Below the pieces are notes generated by a model. The model made no database searches. It saw nothing but the letters and a program-made list of their open reading frames with translations, and was not told the DNA's origin. A program made the position numbers and the translations under genes. A stretch of 64,000 nt of DNA, taken from Podarcis muralis (taxonomy: Eukaryota). Shown here piece by piece: positions 34,521-58,900 of this stretch (the first letter of the stretch is position 1; each line of letters opens with the position of its first letter). The stretch spans positions 48,546,001 through 48,610,000 of the forward strand of contig NC_135655.1 of the NCBI RefSeq assembly GCF_964188315.1. Direction: 5' to 3'.

Positions 34521-37500
34521 AATAGCTGCAGGGAAAAGGAGCAATGTAAGTGAACTGAAAGGAAAAATGAAAAACTTGGGGAATCAAAATACAAATATTT
34601 CTCTATTCTATGAAAATATTTTCAATACCAATGAATTTACTATGCAGTGGCTGTGACCCTTACCAAGCACATGTGTGCACCAAATCAACATGTATGTTAG
34701 GGTTCTTAAGCTACATTAGTCCCATCAAGTGCACACAAACACATTCCAGTCTCCTACTAAGTCATAAACTTGTTTTTAAAACAACAACAACACTAAAACA
34801 AAAAGCAGGTTTATAGTTTGACATAGGGTCAGCTCCTGTGATAAAAATGGCTGAAAATGCAAAAACACATTGTGCTTGCATAATCTCTTATACATACATT
34901 GGTCATTGTTTGGATTTGTAGATAAGAGTAGAATCTAAAGCCTATAATGTGCATGGGTTTCTATGAAGGAAAGTTCTAGCATACAAAAATCACCTGATGA
35001 GAAAGGACACAAATGTTGTTGTTGTTGTTGGCATCTGTCCGTCTCAAGAGACAATGGAGTGTTTCTCCGGAGGCAAAGTCTGCATTAGCAGCACCCTGGG
35101 GTGCAAGCCCGGGCAGTGTGCATGGAAGTCCAAGGACATATTGGGGCTGCTGGCTCATGGTCCACAATCCAGTAGATCCAATGTACACACATGGGCTCCA
35201 AAAACGCACAGAGGGCTTCTGTTTGCACAGGGACATTTCTCATAACCTCAGACCCAGGGACATTTCTAACATTGGACATTGACATGAACAAGGAAGTCCT
35301 AAATTGTATAGAGTTCTGTATTTTTTGTTGTTTTGAATTTACCAACATGTTCTGTATTTTGTATATTTGTATATTAATTGTTCTCTATTTTAATGTTTGT
35401 TTGCTGTAAGCTGCTTTGGGTCCAGATTGTTATGGAAAAATCGCACATATAAACAACAATCACTCAATATGTGCACTGGAGCCTTATGGATCCATAGAGA
35501 AGGGTGAAAGTCTTTAGAAAAGTGGCTAACATGTGGGCCTCCAGATGTTGCTTTACGTTAGCCTTCCTGCTTTAGAAACACCTTTAGGCTCAAGGCTAGC
35601 AACATTCTTCCGTGCTATTGTGAGGCTTACCAGTCTCCTAGATCACTGTCTGGCAGAAAGCAGGCTTTGTTGGTCAAAACATATGACTTAAAGTAGGATC
35701 ATAGAGATAAGAATTCAGTAAGGGCAAAATTCATGCCATGCTTGTAATACTTCTGAAATACTTGCTGTTGTCCCGCTTGAGATAACAATCTGAACTCTAA
35801 CAGCGTGAGTCACAGGATAGGAAACATTAGTCACCACATCATCGTCCCACATAGTATCCAGGCTATGGGCACACAGATGATTGTGGAGTGGGTAGGAGAC
35901 AAATAAGAAGGCATTTCTTTTTCCCTTTATAGAGCACTGATCGAATGATCTGGTATAAGAAGTCAACCCAACAACTTGCTCATTCTCTTGGCCAGGGGTG
36001 GCCAACTTCTGTATTCCTAGAGACACCTTTCAAACACTGAACTTAGGGCTGGAATGATCTGTATATTATTCTAGTCAGCTGCACTGGCTGCCTGTTCCCT
36101 TCCAGGCCCACCTACCCACCATGTGAACCTGCCTGAGCCCTGGGTTCAGCTACAGCAGTCCTGCTTGTATGCTGGTAGTAGGGGTAGTTTCATTTATTTT
36201 TATTTCAAGCTCTTTTATAACTAAGATGATAGGTTTCCGATTTTGCTATTTTGTTATTATGCACAGGGAGAAAGGAGAGGGAGAAGTTCCATTGCGCTAA
36301 AAGAATTACTTTGTGGATATCATCCTATGGTTTTCAATGCAAATGAGCAGTGTGCTGGCACATACTGAAATTGTGGCTGCTTTGCTTCTACCCTGCTGTT
36401 TGTTACATAGCCAGGGAACAAGTGATGGTCTAGCGTGTCATGCTGTCTGAAAACAGCCTTGTGGTATGTTTCTTTCTAAATAAGCCAATGACAAACCTTG
36501 GTTACCACTCATAATTTGTTTGGAAAGAAACAAACCACAGGGTTTGATGTAACAAGTTAGTCTATGGCTTGTTTCCTGGTAGCGGTTGCAACAAAGTGCC
36601 CACTGCCTCAGCACCGGCATGCTCTTAATTCACATGAAACCGGTTTAACTATGGCTGTGATGTGCAGTCAGGTCAGTGATTGTGGATTAGGGTTTGCATA
36701 GTTAAATCTTTCTTGAAATGGTTTTACTGCTCTATTTATATTTTGATTTTCTTGTTAATTTTAAAATGTTTTTACTGTGCATTGTGTATCACTTTGGGAA
36801 GATATTTGTAGCCTGAAAGGTGACTAAGAAGTTTATCAAATAAAATAAATAAAGCAAACTCTAATGGATGATAAGGCTCTAGAAGTTATCACTGAGCGGC
36901 AAGGACTTAAAAAATGCAAATACTGTAATGGATAGTGGGAAGTCATAAGGGCGTGTGTATCAGGGAAAAGGGTTACACAATGAATGTGTTTCCTGAACGA
37001 TCCCTCACAGATCCTTTCTAGTGTACTTCCGAAAAAGCAATTCAGCAAAATGTACATTCAACAAACGTGGAAAGCCAACATTACTTTTCCTAGAAGAGAA
37101 ATGGGGTTCAAAATCTTTTACCACACATGTTAAACTTAAAGGTTACCAAGAACCAGATTTTTTAAAATAAAAAAAACCCACTACTCTGGGTTTCTTTTCT
37201 AAAATAAAGCAGTAAATAAAGTTTATGAAATAAAATAAATAAATAAAATAAGCTTGTATTCCTGCTCTCAATACAGCAAAACAATCACTGGGGGGAAAGG
37301 GTTTGAAGTCCTGAAAGTTTTCTGTAAGGAACAAATCTTCACAATTAAAGGAAGTGACTAGATAGGTTTGTTTTGAATGCCAGGGACTCAGAAGGGGTGT
37401 TGTGGTGGTGCAAGGAGTCTAGAAACCCTCTTAAGGTTATGCCTAAGAGCTCTCAGACCTCCCTAGCTATAGGAGGCTGTTGTTACAGCCAAGGGTCAAT

Positions 37501-39388
37501 CGATAAGAGAGCGGGAAAATACCATTTAGAATCTTTAATACAATTAAAGATTGATATATACTAATTATTTCTAGTGTCTGCTGTGTGGTGGTTTTTAATG
37601 AGGTAGTTCTAGCTTTCATATTGCTTTGTGCTGCTTTCAGATCTTAGTATTGAACTTTACTGTACTATTGTGCTTTAATCTTTTTATATTGACTTACTGT
37701 ATGCCACCAGGAGTTTCAAGTAACCAATATAAAACACACACATTACCATGTACATTATAGCATTCCACACACAAACAAGGTGGAGGCTGAATATTTGAGT
37801 GTAGGTAAGAGTTCAAAGCAGAGATCTGATTTTCAGCATTGCTTAACTTGTCATCACAAGCAGCTCCAGATTTAGTAGTAAACATAACCTCATGTCACAG
37901 AAGACAGGTAGAAGCCTGTATGCGTGTAAGACTCAACACAGACAGTGATGTCAGGCTCATGAAAACAGACATAGCTGCAGGATCTAATCAGAACCAGGTG
38001 TTTGCTCTTTGTCCTGTAGACCACCCACATCAAGAGAGGGAGAAGTGAGAAGTCACCTGTCTGAGATTTCTGTCAGAACTTTTCTGAGGTCCTCAAGATT
38101 TCCTTTGGTGGGGAAAAGTTTGCAGCCGTATTTGTATTGTGTGCCATAGGCCTAAGCATTAAATTTATCAGCTACAGGTCTTAATGGTCATCAACACTGG
38201 AATACAACCATTTTCGTTTTCTACCATAGGAGCAGAAAAGGCTATTTTCCCCAGTGACATCCCTCCCAGTTGGGATTACTGGGAAATACAAAATTACACG
38301 TGAAGGTTCTCAGGATTTCTCTGTTCCACAAAAAGCTGCTGTGAAAATGAAACACGTGATTGTAATCTATGTAGAATTTTTAGGTGTACTGCAACATGTG
38401 TGCACTTCTCAATGCTTCCTAAATTGTTCCTATAATACTGAATCTATAATACTGTTGAATCTGCATGTTCACTATCTACATTTCCCCTCTCATGAAATAA
38501 GGGAACCCCTACATGACAAATTGGCCTTATACCTTCACTTAAACATCAAATGATTAACTTAAAATGATGGCAGGATTCCTAACACCTCATTCAAATTTGT
38601 AAGTTAAGATACCTTCTTTCTGTAGCAACACTTAAACCCAACAGCCGTAAACAGAGTATCTGGGTTTTCTGATGCACGACAATGAACACAGAAGCTTAGA
38701 CGTGTAGAGTTGGGTCACGTAGTTCAACCACCTGCAATGCAGGAATCACATCACTGATGTTTCTTGGGGCAGTTGTGAGCTAGCCCAAGACACTTTGTTG
38801 CATCAGGCAAAGGACAAAATGGTGCCCTCTGCATCTCCCTTCCCCAATTCCACATTCAGAAGCTGACTGGACTGGCAGTTAAATTGACTTGATTTCTATC
38901 GCCTTTAGCAGCAAGACCTTTGCCCCATGTGCATTAAAACTCTCTTAAGAATGTGAAAAGAGGAAGAAGAAAAACCTAGACAAATATCCAAGAAATTTAT
39001 CGAATATTTGCATGAGTACAGTCGGCGGAGGAATACTGGTTTAATTTCCAGAAACCTCACTACCAGACATACTGAATGGTTTCCCATCTTGATTTGTTAG
39101 ATATGAAGATAGTAAATACAACCTTTAGACAATGCCTGGTTTATTGTGGGGAAGGGAATTACATCTTCAGAGAGAAGCATCTTCCCTTTGAGGAAGTTAA
39201 GCAGCACTTTTGAAGCAGATAGCAGATGTTTTCTTGTCTCTTCAAAATTTGGTCTCATCAAAATTCGAAAATATTAAAGTCTTTTCTTGTGGAGTTTTCA
39301 ATATCAAGACACCTTATCACTCAAAGGTGTTGTCACTGGCTGGTGTTTGTTTGTATAACTGCAACCCTTTTCTTTAATCCCATGCAAT

Positions 39389-50613
<11,225 letters not shown>

Positions 50614-51279
50614 TTATATCGAGAGACAATTTATTCATTTGTAACAGCCCAAACCGAATCATGATACAGCGAACAGTAACATCTGTTCTGGTACCGGAAA
50701 AAATTCCCATTTTCCTGCAACTGGCAGAAAAAAAGGAAAACATACCAGACACGCATGTTTGCAGAACGCTGCTTAGAAACCTCCTTGTCACTCTCTGTGT
50801 TCTGGGCCGACATTATGGTCGCCGCAACAACTACATCGCTATGAAACCCTCTCGTTTTTCTCCGTCCAGTTTCCCCCCGGACGGTTATTGCCTAGTTCTC
50901 CCCCCGAAACACCAAACGTGGGGGCTGTGTGTGTGACAAAGCGCAACTTAAAGAGAGGCGTCGCGGCCGTGTGAGGAGGGGACGGGGGTCCTTTTGTGAC
51001 ATAACCCGCACCTCACCGAGGGAGGCCTGTGTCCCAAGAGAAGCGCGGCCGGGAAGCCGATGCCTCACGTCGGAAGAGGCCCCGCGGTCCCCTCGCGCGG
51101 CAGCCGAGGAACAGGATGGGGAGGCTCCGTCTCGGCCTGCCAGGCGCGCCCCGCGAGTTTCCCGCATGGCGGAGGACACCCACCCACCCCCTCGCCGCGG
51201 CCGGGCGTCGGTCACAGAGCGGCCCTCTTCTTGCTCGTAGGCCGCCCCGGAGCGGCCGGCCCTCCGGCCGCTTGCTCAC

Positions 51280-51440
51280 CTGTCTCTTCCACAGGCCGCG
51301 CTCTCTGCGCTCCGGGCTGGAGTCTCGGCCGACTGCTCGTATCCGCCTCTGGTCACAGCGTGTACCCCGCCTCAAAATGCGCAGCCGCCATCCCGCCTCT
51401 TCCGGAAGCATTTTCGGGAAAAGTAGCCGGAAGCATTTCT
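51280..51440 (-). promoter_or_regulatory. EIF2S1: EIF2S1 non-coding exon 1 and core promoter in a CpG island (~50930-51620)
   Basis: Minus-strand donor CAG|GTGAGC at 51280/51279; the exon 2 acceptor lies 1 nt before the ATG (50605); palindromic ETS site CTTCCGGAAG at 51399-51408 and a second CCGGAAG at 51427-51433; YY1-like GCCGCCATC near 51384-51392. Confidence 0.75.
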
Positions 51441-51667
51441 ACCCAGCTGCTCCCATAAGTCTTTGGTTGCCCTGATAGACGGGAGGGCGGGAAGGAAAGG
51501 CTCGCGCGACACGACCGCCAAGCCTTATTAGCGCCTCCCGCCCACAGCGGACTTGCTTCTCTGCAGAGATAGAAAAGGATAGAATGATCACAACGGCTAT
51601 TTGTATTGGGAAGACGAGGCGGAATGCAAGGATTTCTCAGGTTGCAGTCAGACTTGTACATTTACCA

Positions 51668-51902
51668 TACAGATAGGTAGCCGTGTTGGTCTGCCATAGT
51701 CAAAACAAAAAAAATTCCTTCCAGTAGCACCTTAAAGACCAACTAAGTTCTTGGTATGAGCTTTCGTGTGCATGCACACTTCAGATACCTCAGGTATTCT
51801 TCAGGTATCTGAAGAAGTGTGCATGCACACGAAAGCTCATACCAAGAACTAACTTAGTTGGTCTTTAAGGTGCTACTGGAAGGAATTTTGTTTTGTTTTG
51901 AC
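51668..51902. mobile_element. Penelope-like element terminal fragments in inverted (palindromic) arrangement
   Basis: Begins GGTAGCCGTGTTGGTCTG...CCTTCCAGTAGCACCTTAAAGACCAACTAAG, resembling reptile Penelope/Neptune ends as recalled; arms ~51692-51790 and ~51803-51902 are reverse complements. Confidence 0.75.
51804..51843 (+). ncRNA. Minimal type I hammerhead ribozyme motif (Penelope-associated)
   Basis: GGTAT (stem I) CTGAAGA A GTGTG-CATG-CACAC (stem II) GAAA GC TC / ATACC (stem I partner); predicted cleavage after C51838; stem III reduced to palindromic AGCT. Confidence 0.7.
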
Positions 51903-52807
51903 ATTTACCATAGTTAGAGGTGGAGCTGAGGTTCGTTTGGCCTTCCAATCCGCGCCCCCCGCCGCCAAAAAAAGAAATTGCATGCAAGGGTGCTGCGTAT
52001 TTAAATATTTCAAAACTTAAAAGAAAGCAAATAAATCTTATTTTACACAAGCTCTCCCTGCTGACCCGTAATATTGGACCCTGTTTTATTTGAATCCTCT
52101 GAATCTTTTGCTTTTATACTGTTGCTTTAATGGGTTTAAGTTGTACTCTTGTTTTAATGGATCTTGACTTGTTTCCAGTGCCTTAAAAAAAAATACTTAA
52201 AAGCGGGGGAGGGGGGGGAATCGAAATTTTGCGCACGAAATAAGATCCGGTTGTGAAACTGCAGCGACTCCTGTTACTGGTAATATCGCAGTGGCTGATG
52301 TGCAGTGGCACACTGTGCAGCCACGGTTAAGCTCAGCTCGTGGAGGTCTCCGCACAGCTCTCTCTCTCTCTCTTCTGCCCCAGAATACCAAATAAATAAA
52401 TAAGGAATTTGGACCGCCTGTGTGAGCCTAAGGTACAACAACAAAGGCAAAGGATAAATGGATTGTATCATTAAAAATCCAAGGGATGGAGCAGCGCCAC
52501 AATGGGGAATTAGAGCATGTGGCGGATTTCCACTTCTGCTGGATCCGTTTCTCTGCGACGTACAGCCGGCGAGTCCTCCGCAGTTGCACTTATCTCGGAA
52601 GTCAGGGCTTTGGACCATAGAGTTTTTGCCAATGCTCTCCTGTCTAGCATTCTGGCTCTATGCCTTTTCACGCGGCGCCCGCCGGGCTACGCGCCCAGAC
52701 GAGCCGAGGAGGAGGAGGTGCCTCCTCGGTGACGGGCGGCGTGGAGGGCGGGGCTTCGTGGTTGGAAGCGGAACTGGAGGCCGCGGTGCCCTTGGTAACC
52801 AAGAGGA

Positions 52808-52817
52808 GTCACGTGAC
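52808..52817. promoter_or_regulatory. Perfect CLEAR element (GTCACGTGAC) in the ATP6V1D promoter/5' UTR; CpG island ~52480-53110
   Basis: Exact 10-bp palindrome ending 84 nt upstream of the ATP6V1D ATG; matches the TFEB/TFE3/MITF CLEAR consensus. Confidence 0.7.
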
Positions 52818-52900
52818 AGGAGCCGGAGCCCAGCTGAGAGAAGGAAGCGAAGGAGCCAGCGGCGTCTCGCGAGCAATCTCCGCCGACCACCCCGGGCAAG

Positions 52901-55900
52901 ATGTCAGGCAAAGACAGGATCGAGGTTTTCCCTTCGCGGATGTGAGTGGCGCTTCCTGGTCCTTTCGGGGCCTCCCTTGGGCGGTGGGGAGCCCCGGTCA
53001 GTTCCTTCCCTGCGGCCCCACAGCCGGACACTGTGCGCTGGGGGGTGTTGAGCTCTCAAACTCAAGCTGCCACGGATCAGCCACAAACACCCTTTAGCCG
53101 CCTTCACGGGGGTGCATTTTCTCACCCTTGTACCTTGTAATTCTCAAAGGAAGGGTGCGATCCGTTTTCATAGGCCTTAAGAGCCCAATAGAATGGTAGT
53201 TATTTTGGATTGCTTCAATTCGCGTTGAATTTGGAGAGCGCTTTGGGGTGCAGAATTTGATACTCAACAAATTCTGTTTCGAATCCCATAACTATCACCA
53301 ATGTATTGATTGGCGTTGGTTAAGCTTACAAGGGGTTGTGGGAGGAATGCGTTGGAATAAAAAGGTGATGTTATTACCTGTCATATAAGAGTCTCTCCCC
53401 CCCCCCCCCCCATTCAGACAAGTCAGACTTGTAGGCTTAAAAAATGGGGAAGTGAAATGTGAGTTGTTTCCAGGTCAAAATAGCAAATGCTTTGTCATTT
53501 GGTCAGATGTCTTTGACAACTATGGAACAAGGTTGTCATTTTATCGGACTATGCAATGCTTGAAATGTCTCCTATTATTATTAATATGTTTGTATTAGAG
53601 ACACTTTTTACTAGTCAGAGGATGGTAGGAAGGGGCAGTACTAAAATATGGGGAAAAAGAGGAAAGTGAAGCCTCAAAATGATGCTCAAAAGTAGAAAGC
53701 TTATTCTAGTACATAAGATTGCAACCTTAGTAATTTCAAAATAGAAACTTATTAATAACAAACAACTGTGTTCAGCTTTCAAACTGAATTTTGAGAGGGA
53801 GAACTGAGTTTCCTTATGAGCACTCATATTTTGAAGGCTGTAAGTCTTCTGTTTCTTTTAAGTGCCATAAAATTAATTGTACTTCTAGTGCCTAGCTTGG
53901 CAGTTTCTCATTTTCACACATTTCCATACTGTTGTGTTAACTTGGAAGTCCCACTGATTTCAGTGGAATTTTCTCTAGGCAGGTATGCATTAAATTTCAC
54001 CCTTTCAGTACAATCATATGCAGAGTTTTTATGATGAGTATAGATTCCTGCTCCTTACATAGATCAGCCATATTTCCAGTATGTTTGCTGAATCTGGCAT
54101 GGCATTCTTGATAGTAAACAGAGGCATGTTTAGTATCCACACACAGTTTTGCTGAATCTTGTTCCAACTAGTAAATGAGTTAGTCTGACATAGAGAGGCA
54201 GTGGTGCAAGCCAGTCAGTGCAGGAATACGGACACCAGACCTTCCCTTCATTTAAAGAAGTTCCAGTTCTCTTCCTCAAGTTGTTTTCCAGCTTAGGCGG
54301 TTCCTGGGAGACATATTATAAACTCTCTAAGGAATTGCCATGAAATCTCCTTATTCAATATTTCTAGTACTGCCCAAAATTAGTTTGTTCTTATGTTTCC
54401 AATTACTTTTCCTTGGAGATCATGGGAATCATGGGTGGACACAGCAATTACTGAACAGGCAAAAACCATTGAATTCAGGCAAATCCATAGAGTGAGCACA
54501 GACCGTTGTTTACTGTGTGGCAGCTGCTTGCTACCATTCTTTGAGATAATTGCAAGCATGTAGAAAGCAAGTTGTGTCTAGCCGTTAGGTGAAGCCAATG
54601 TTATTGCTTCTTGCTACGATTATAAAAGTGAGGCAAGGGCCTGCAGTGGTTGTCTCGTTATGTGCCAGTTTTCAAATATCCACCATTTGTCATAGGATTG
54701 CCTCTGTCCATGCTGCTGTTCATACATTACCAGGTAGCTCCCTTTTCTAACCTGGAACTTCATATTGAGAAAAGTAGTATGTGATGTGATTTGGTTTGTG
54801 TTGAATGGTAGAAGAGACAGCTCATAATGCAAAACAAATTATTGAGTTTCCAGTAAGGAACTTAGCTTATGATATGGTTTCGATATTTCTAAAAGTGAAA
54901 ATTCGGACACAAAGATTGCTGATCTTCTTTTGGCAGAGTGAACGAATTCTAAAGTTCTCTTGTCAGCACTTCCATAGCAGCCTCCCCATAAATCTGGAGT
55001 TTGTCATCTTTGTTTATTTGGTATGGGGATGCAAACGTGTTTAGAATTGCAGCCTAAAGGTTATAAGCTTATTTCTTCTCCTTCTTCTCCTTCGGCAATC
55101 ACTCATAGCCAAGTAAGATTGTCTTCCATGAACACAGTCTTAACAGTGAGTCCATAAGTGACTGTGGAGGCCAGTTCTGGATCCACAAGTCCTTCTACAG
55201 TGGAGACATAGGTTTCCAGGCAGGAGTTGATCGTGGTGAGGGTTTGCCAAGCATGCCTTCCTCTTAGCTCGTTTCTCCCTTTCGTCCTGAGTTCGAGCAT
55301 CTTCAAAGTCCATGACACCTTTGGTAAAGGCTGTTCTCCAATTGGACACTCGTAGGCCAGTGTTCCCCAGTTGTTGGTGTTTATACTACATTTTTTAAAG
55401 ATTTGCCTTGAGAGATTCTTTAAACCTCTTTTATGATGTACCCTTCAGCGCACAGTAGGTATTATTACAGAGTAAACAAGCATAGGATTAGACTGTCAGA
55501 CATGTGTTGTAAGTGTATGTTCAAGTTATGTGAGCCAAATAATATTTCCTCTTGTTTTTAGGAATGTGCCTTTTCAGGAACAATCTTCTCTTTCTCCCAG
55601 ATCATCTCCAGTGACAAGATCAAAAGTATTTATCACTTTTTTGAATTTGACAGGGCTCAGACCATCATGAAGGCCCGTTTGAAAGGAGCCCAGACAGGTC
55701 GCAACCTTTTGAAGAAGAAATCTGATGCTCTGACTATGAGATTCCGGCAGATTCTTAAAAAAATTATTGAGGTAGGGTGTTTTAATGTACTGAATTTACC
55801 TGTGAAATAAAGCTAAAGAATTTCCAATGTACGAACCATTATAATAGCAGGAATGAGTTTTGCTCTTTTTAAAACAAGAACAAAACAGGCCCATTCCAGA

Positions 55901-58900
55901 CTTAACTCTCAATTGTAACCTGTATATTGGTTTCAGAAAATGTCCTTTTTTTGGGTTGTGTTTGCAGACAAAGATGTTGATGGGTGAGGTGATGAGAGAA
56001 GCAGCCTTTTCTCTTGCTGAGGCAAAGTTCACAGCTGGAGACTTCAGGTAAACCACACAAATGGGTGTAGTTGAGGGAACTTCTGTGTGAGACATTTGGC
56101 CTTCCTCAAGAGGTGAACCATTCCTTTCTGTTTATGGGGGAGATTGGGAGGAAAATGAAAATTCTGCAGCAGATCCTTTAAGAGGAAAAGGTAGAAAGCA
56201 AAGCCCATAGGAAATTAAATATATTTCCAGAGTGTCTGCAAAGATAAACGAGCAGAAGAAAAATATGAGGGCAGGAAATAACACTAAAGTTGTGATAGAC
56301 TCCACAGTGTTCTAAATATTACTACCTACCTTCATATTTTAGCTTCTTCTAGTTGACAAATGACTCCTTGAGTTTCTGTGACTTTGTGTTCCAGTAGCAG
56401 TCATTGATTACTCTTTAAAACAAATTACCACTGCATTGCCCACAGCGCATCAGAGCATGTTTTGAAGACTGATCAGCATGGTTTGCTGTGGTCACTGCTT
56501 TGAACATTATAAAAATGGCAGTTCACTAATCATGATTTCAGAAACGTTTTAGGAATAAATTGTAGGAATGTTTTAAAATGCAACGTCCCATTTCACAGGC
56601 ATAAAACATTTCTGTTATCACATTTATGAATCAGAAAAACAGCAGTGCATTTTTATTGGCTCAAGAGCTGGAACCTTTAATTCAGCTTAGTACTGTATTT
56701 GGGGGAAAAACAGAACCTCTAGTACTTTTCTGCTTTATAGGATACCATGATGTTGTGTTATGTATACACTGTCCTGGGATTAAGCCTCACAAGTGAGACT
56801 TGCTCTGAGAAAACATACATGGAATTGTGCAGCAGGTGCTAGGACCAGGTTTTACATTTCTATGTATGCTGCTGTGTTCGCATTAAACATACTTCATGAA
56901 AACTAAGAAAATATACTGGCAATTGCTTCCTCAAATCCGTTGAATACGTACTGATAGATATTTGTTTCTGCAGTACAACTGTGATTCAGAATGTGAACAA
57001 AGCTCAGGTCAAGATCAGAGCTAAGAAAGACAATGTAGCAGGTGTGTATCTTTATGCTGTGCATGATATAATTATTTTAAATTCTATTTATTTAATTATT
57101 TAAGTCATGGAGAAACTACCACATTGTTCAGTGCGGCTTATAGTAGAATCAAATAGTTGGAGTGGACTTTGAAGGTTATCGAGGTCCAATTCCTGTTCAA
57201 TGCAGAATCTGATAGATTGCTATCCAGCCACTCTTTAAATGCCTCCAGCACTGGAGAGCCCACCACTTCCCAAGGCTGTCTGTGATACTGTTGAAACAGG
57301 AGGAAGCTTCTCAAGTTTATCCAAAATGTGCTTCTCCGCCATTTTCACTTGTTTGTTCTAGATTTGGAGCAATAGATAATAACTGTTCTATATTCTGTGA
57401 CAGCCCTTCATATATTTGAAGCCTGTCATGTCTCCCCTTAAATACTTTTTCTGAAGCCTAAATATACCCAGCTCTTTCAGCTGTTGCTCATAGGATGGTT
57501 TCCTGACTTTTCACACTACTGCTGGCCCTGCTCTGGGCGCACTTCAGTCTGTCAGTGTTTTTATTAAAATGTGGCTCATTTTATAAACTGAGCTTCAGAG
57601 GATGTGTTCTGCTTCATTTATGCCATCATTTCTCATGACATCTGAACTTGGAAACTGTGATTTAAGTGCTCCCTATAAACCAGAATCAAATTGGCTTTAG
57701 GTCCCAAAGGGTGTGGTCATGAGCGTTATGAGAAGAAGATGGCAGCCAGAATAGAAATTAGGAAGTGGAATTCATTAATTGCACAAACTGCTGTGTATCT
57801 TTTACAGGTGTGACCCTGCCAGTTTTTGAACATTACCAAGAAGGAGGAGACAGTAAGAAGTGATTTTTTCCTTTCCTTTCCTTTTCTTTTCCTTATCTCA
57901 AGAGGTTTTGATGTGATCTTAGCTTTAATATGCCATGTTTGAGACCCTTGAAAACTGTGTCTTCTGTAACTGGCCAGTAGTATAATATAATAGCAATGGT
58001 TATGTGGACTATTTACAGCTTCTCTGTAAATGTTTAGGGGAGAATTTAACATTGCACTCTTCTGATCATTCTGTCAAGTGCAAGTATTTCTGCTTGCCTG
58101 ATGAAACAATCCCCCCTCTCTGCATCTGTGTGCTGTTCTGAGGGTTTTCCCTGCCTTCCATGACAGACTTTTTTTGCGGGGGGGGGGGGGGGGAGTCCCT
58201 TTACACTAGCAGGAGCCCTTGCACCGACTTCTGCTAGCACTCTGGTACTAGCCCTCAATTTTTTAAAAATCAAGGGTTGCTTTTATATACTGGAGGAGAG
58301 GTTAACACGTGAAAGACCACATGGTGTCTTTTAAAATGCAATCCTGAGCTTTGGGATGTTACAGAAACTCATGCTGTTTACTTTAGTAGGGTCAAGATTG
58401 TATTCTTTGGGCAATATCACTTGTGCGATGGAACTTCCCCTTCCTTTTGTAGTCCTACCTCCACCCCACTCCCAAATTTGTTCTGGAGGGTTCTCCAACC
58501 CTCTGGATCAGACTTTTGAGGGTACAGGGATTGGAGAGGAAGGGGAAATTCTACCACGCTGGTGGAAACCCATGCTGCAAGTGTCCTCCTGACACCATCA
58601 GATATATCCCTTTACAACTATTTGCATTTTCCATATTAGAAGTGGAAGCTGAGATGAGTGGCTTTGCAGCTGTCTCATGCTTGGAACCATCCTCCACCCT
58701 ATAGTAAATATTCTGATGGTTTAGTTTTCTGTTTGGTGGTTGATTTTTTGTTGCTGCTAAATGTTCTGGATGAATTCTTTCAGGTTATGAGCTGACTGGT
58801 TTAGCCAGAGGTGGGGAGCAGCTGGCCAAACTGAAAAGGAACTATGCCAAAGCAGTAGAACTCCTTGTGGAATTGGCCTCTCTGCAGGTAGGTGGAGAAA

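Noticed and set aside
51376-51384. NRF1/alpha-Pal site in the EIF2S1 promoter
   Set aside because: Only a single TGCGCA half-site is visible, not the full TGCGCATGCGCA-type palindrome.
51753-51789. Minus-strand hammerhead in the left arm of the palindrome (and 61792-61820)
   Set aside because: The catalytic CUGANGA is incomplete (3-nt deletion in the first, truncation in the second).
50892-53140. Many overlapping 100-200 aa ORFs around the EIF2S1/ATP6V1D promoters (also 8433-8989 and 39-565)
   Set aside because: GC-rich sequence is depleted of stop codons; the products are low-complexity and match no family I recognise.
54031-54091. Intronic C/D box snoRNA in ATP6V1D intron 1
   Set aside because: Box spacing is plausible, but the terminal stem is weak and mis-spaced and I see no C'/D' boxes or rRNA-complementary guide; a snoscan/Infernal run would settle it.
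58178-58193. Poly-G/poly-C runs (also near 11636, 26957, 32085, 53397) as functional G-quadruplexes
   Set aside because: Simple homopolymers within or next to decayed repeats; length is unreliable and nothing else supports function.
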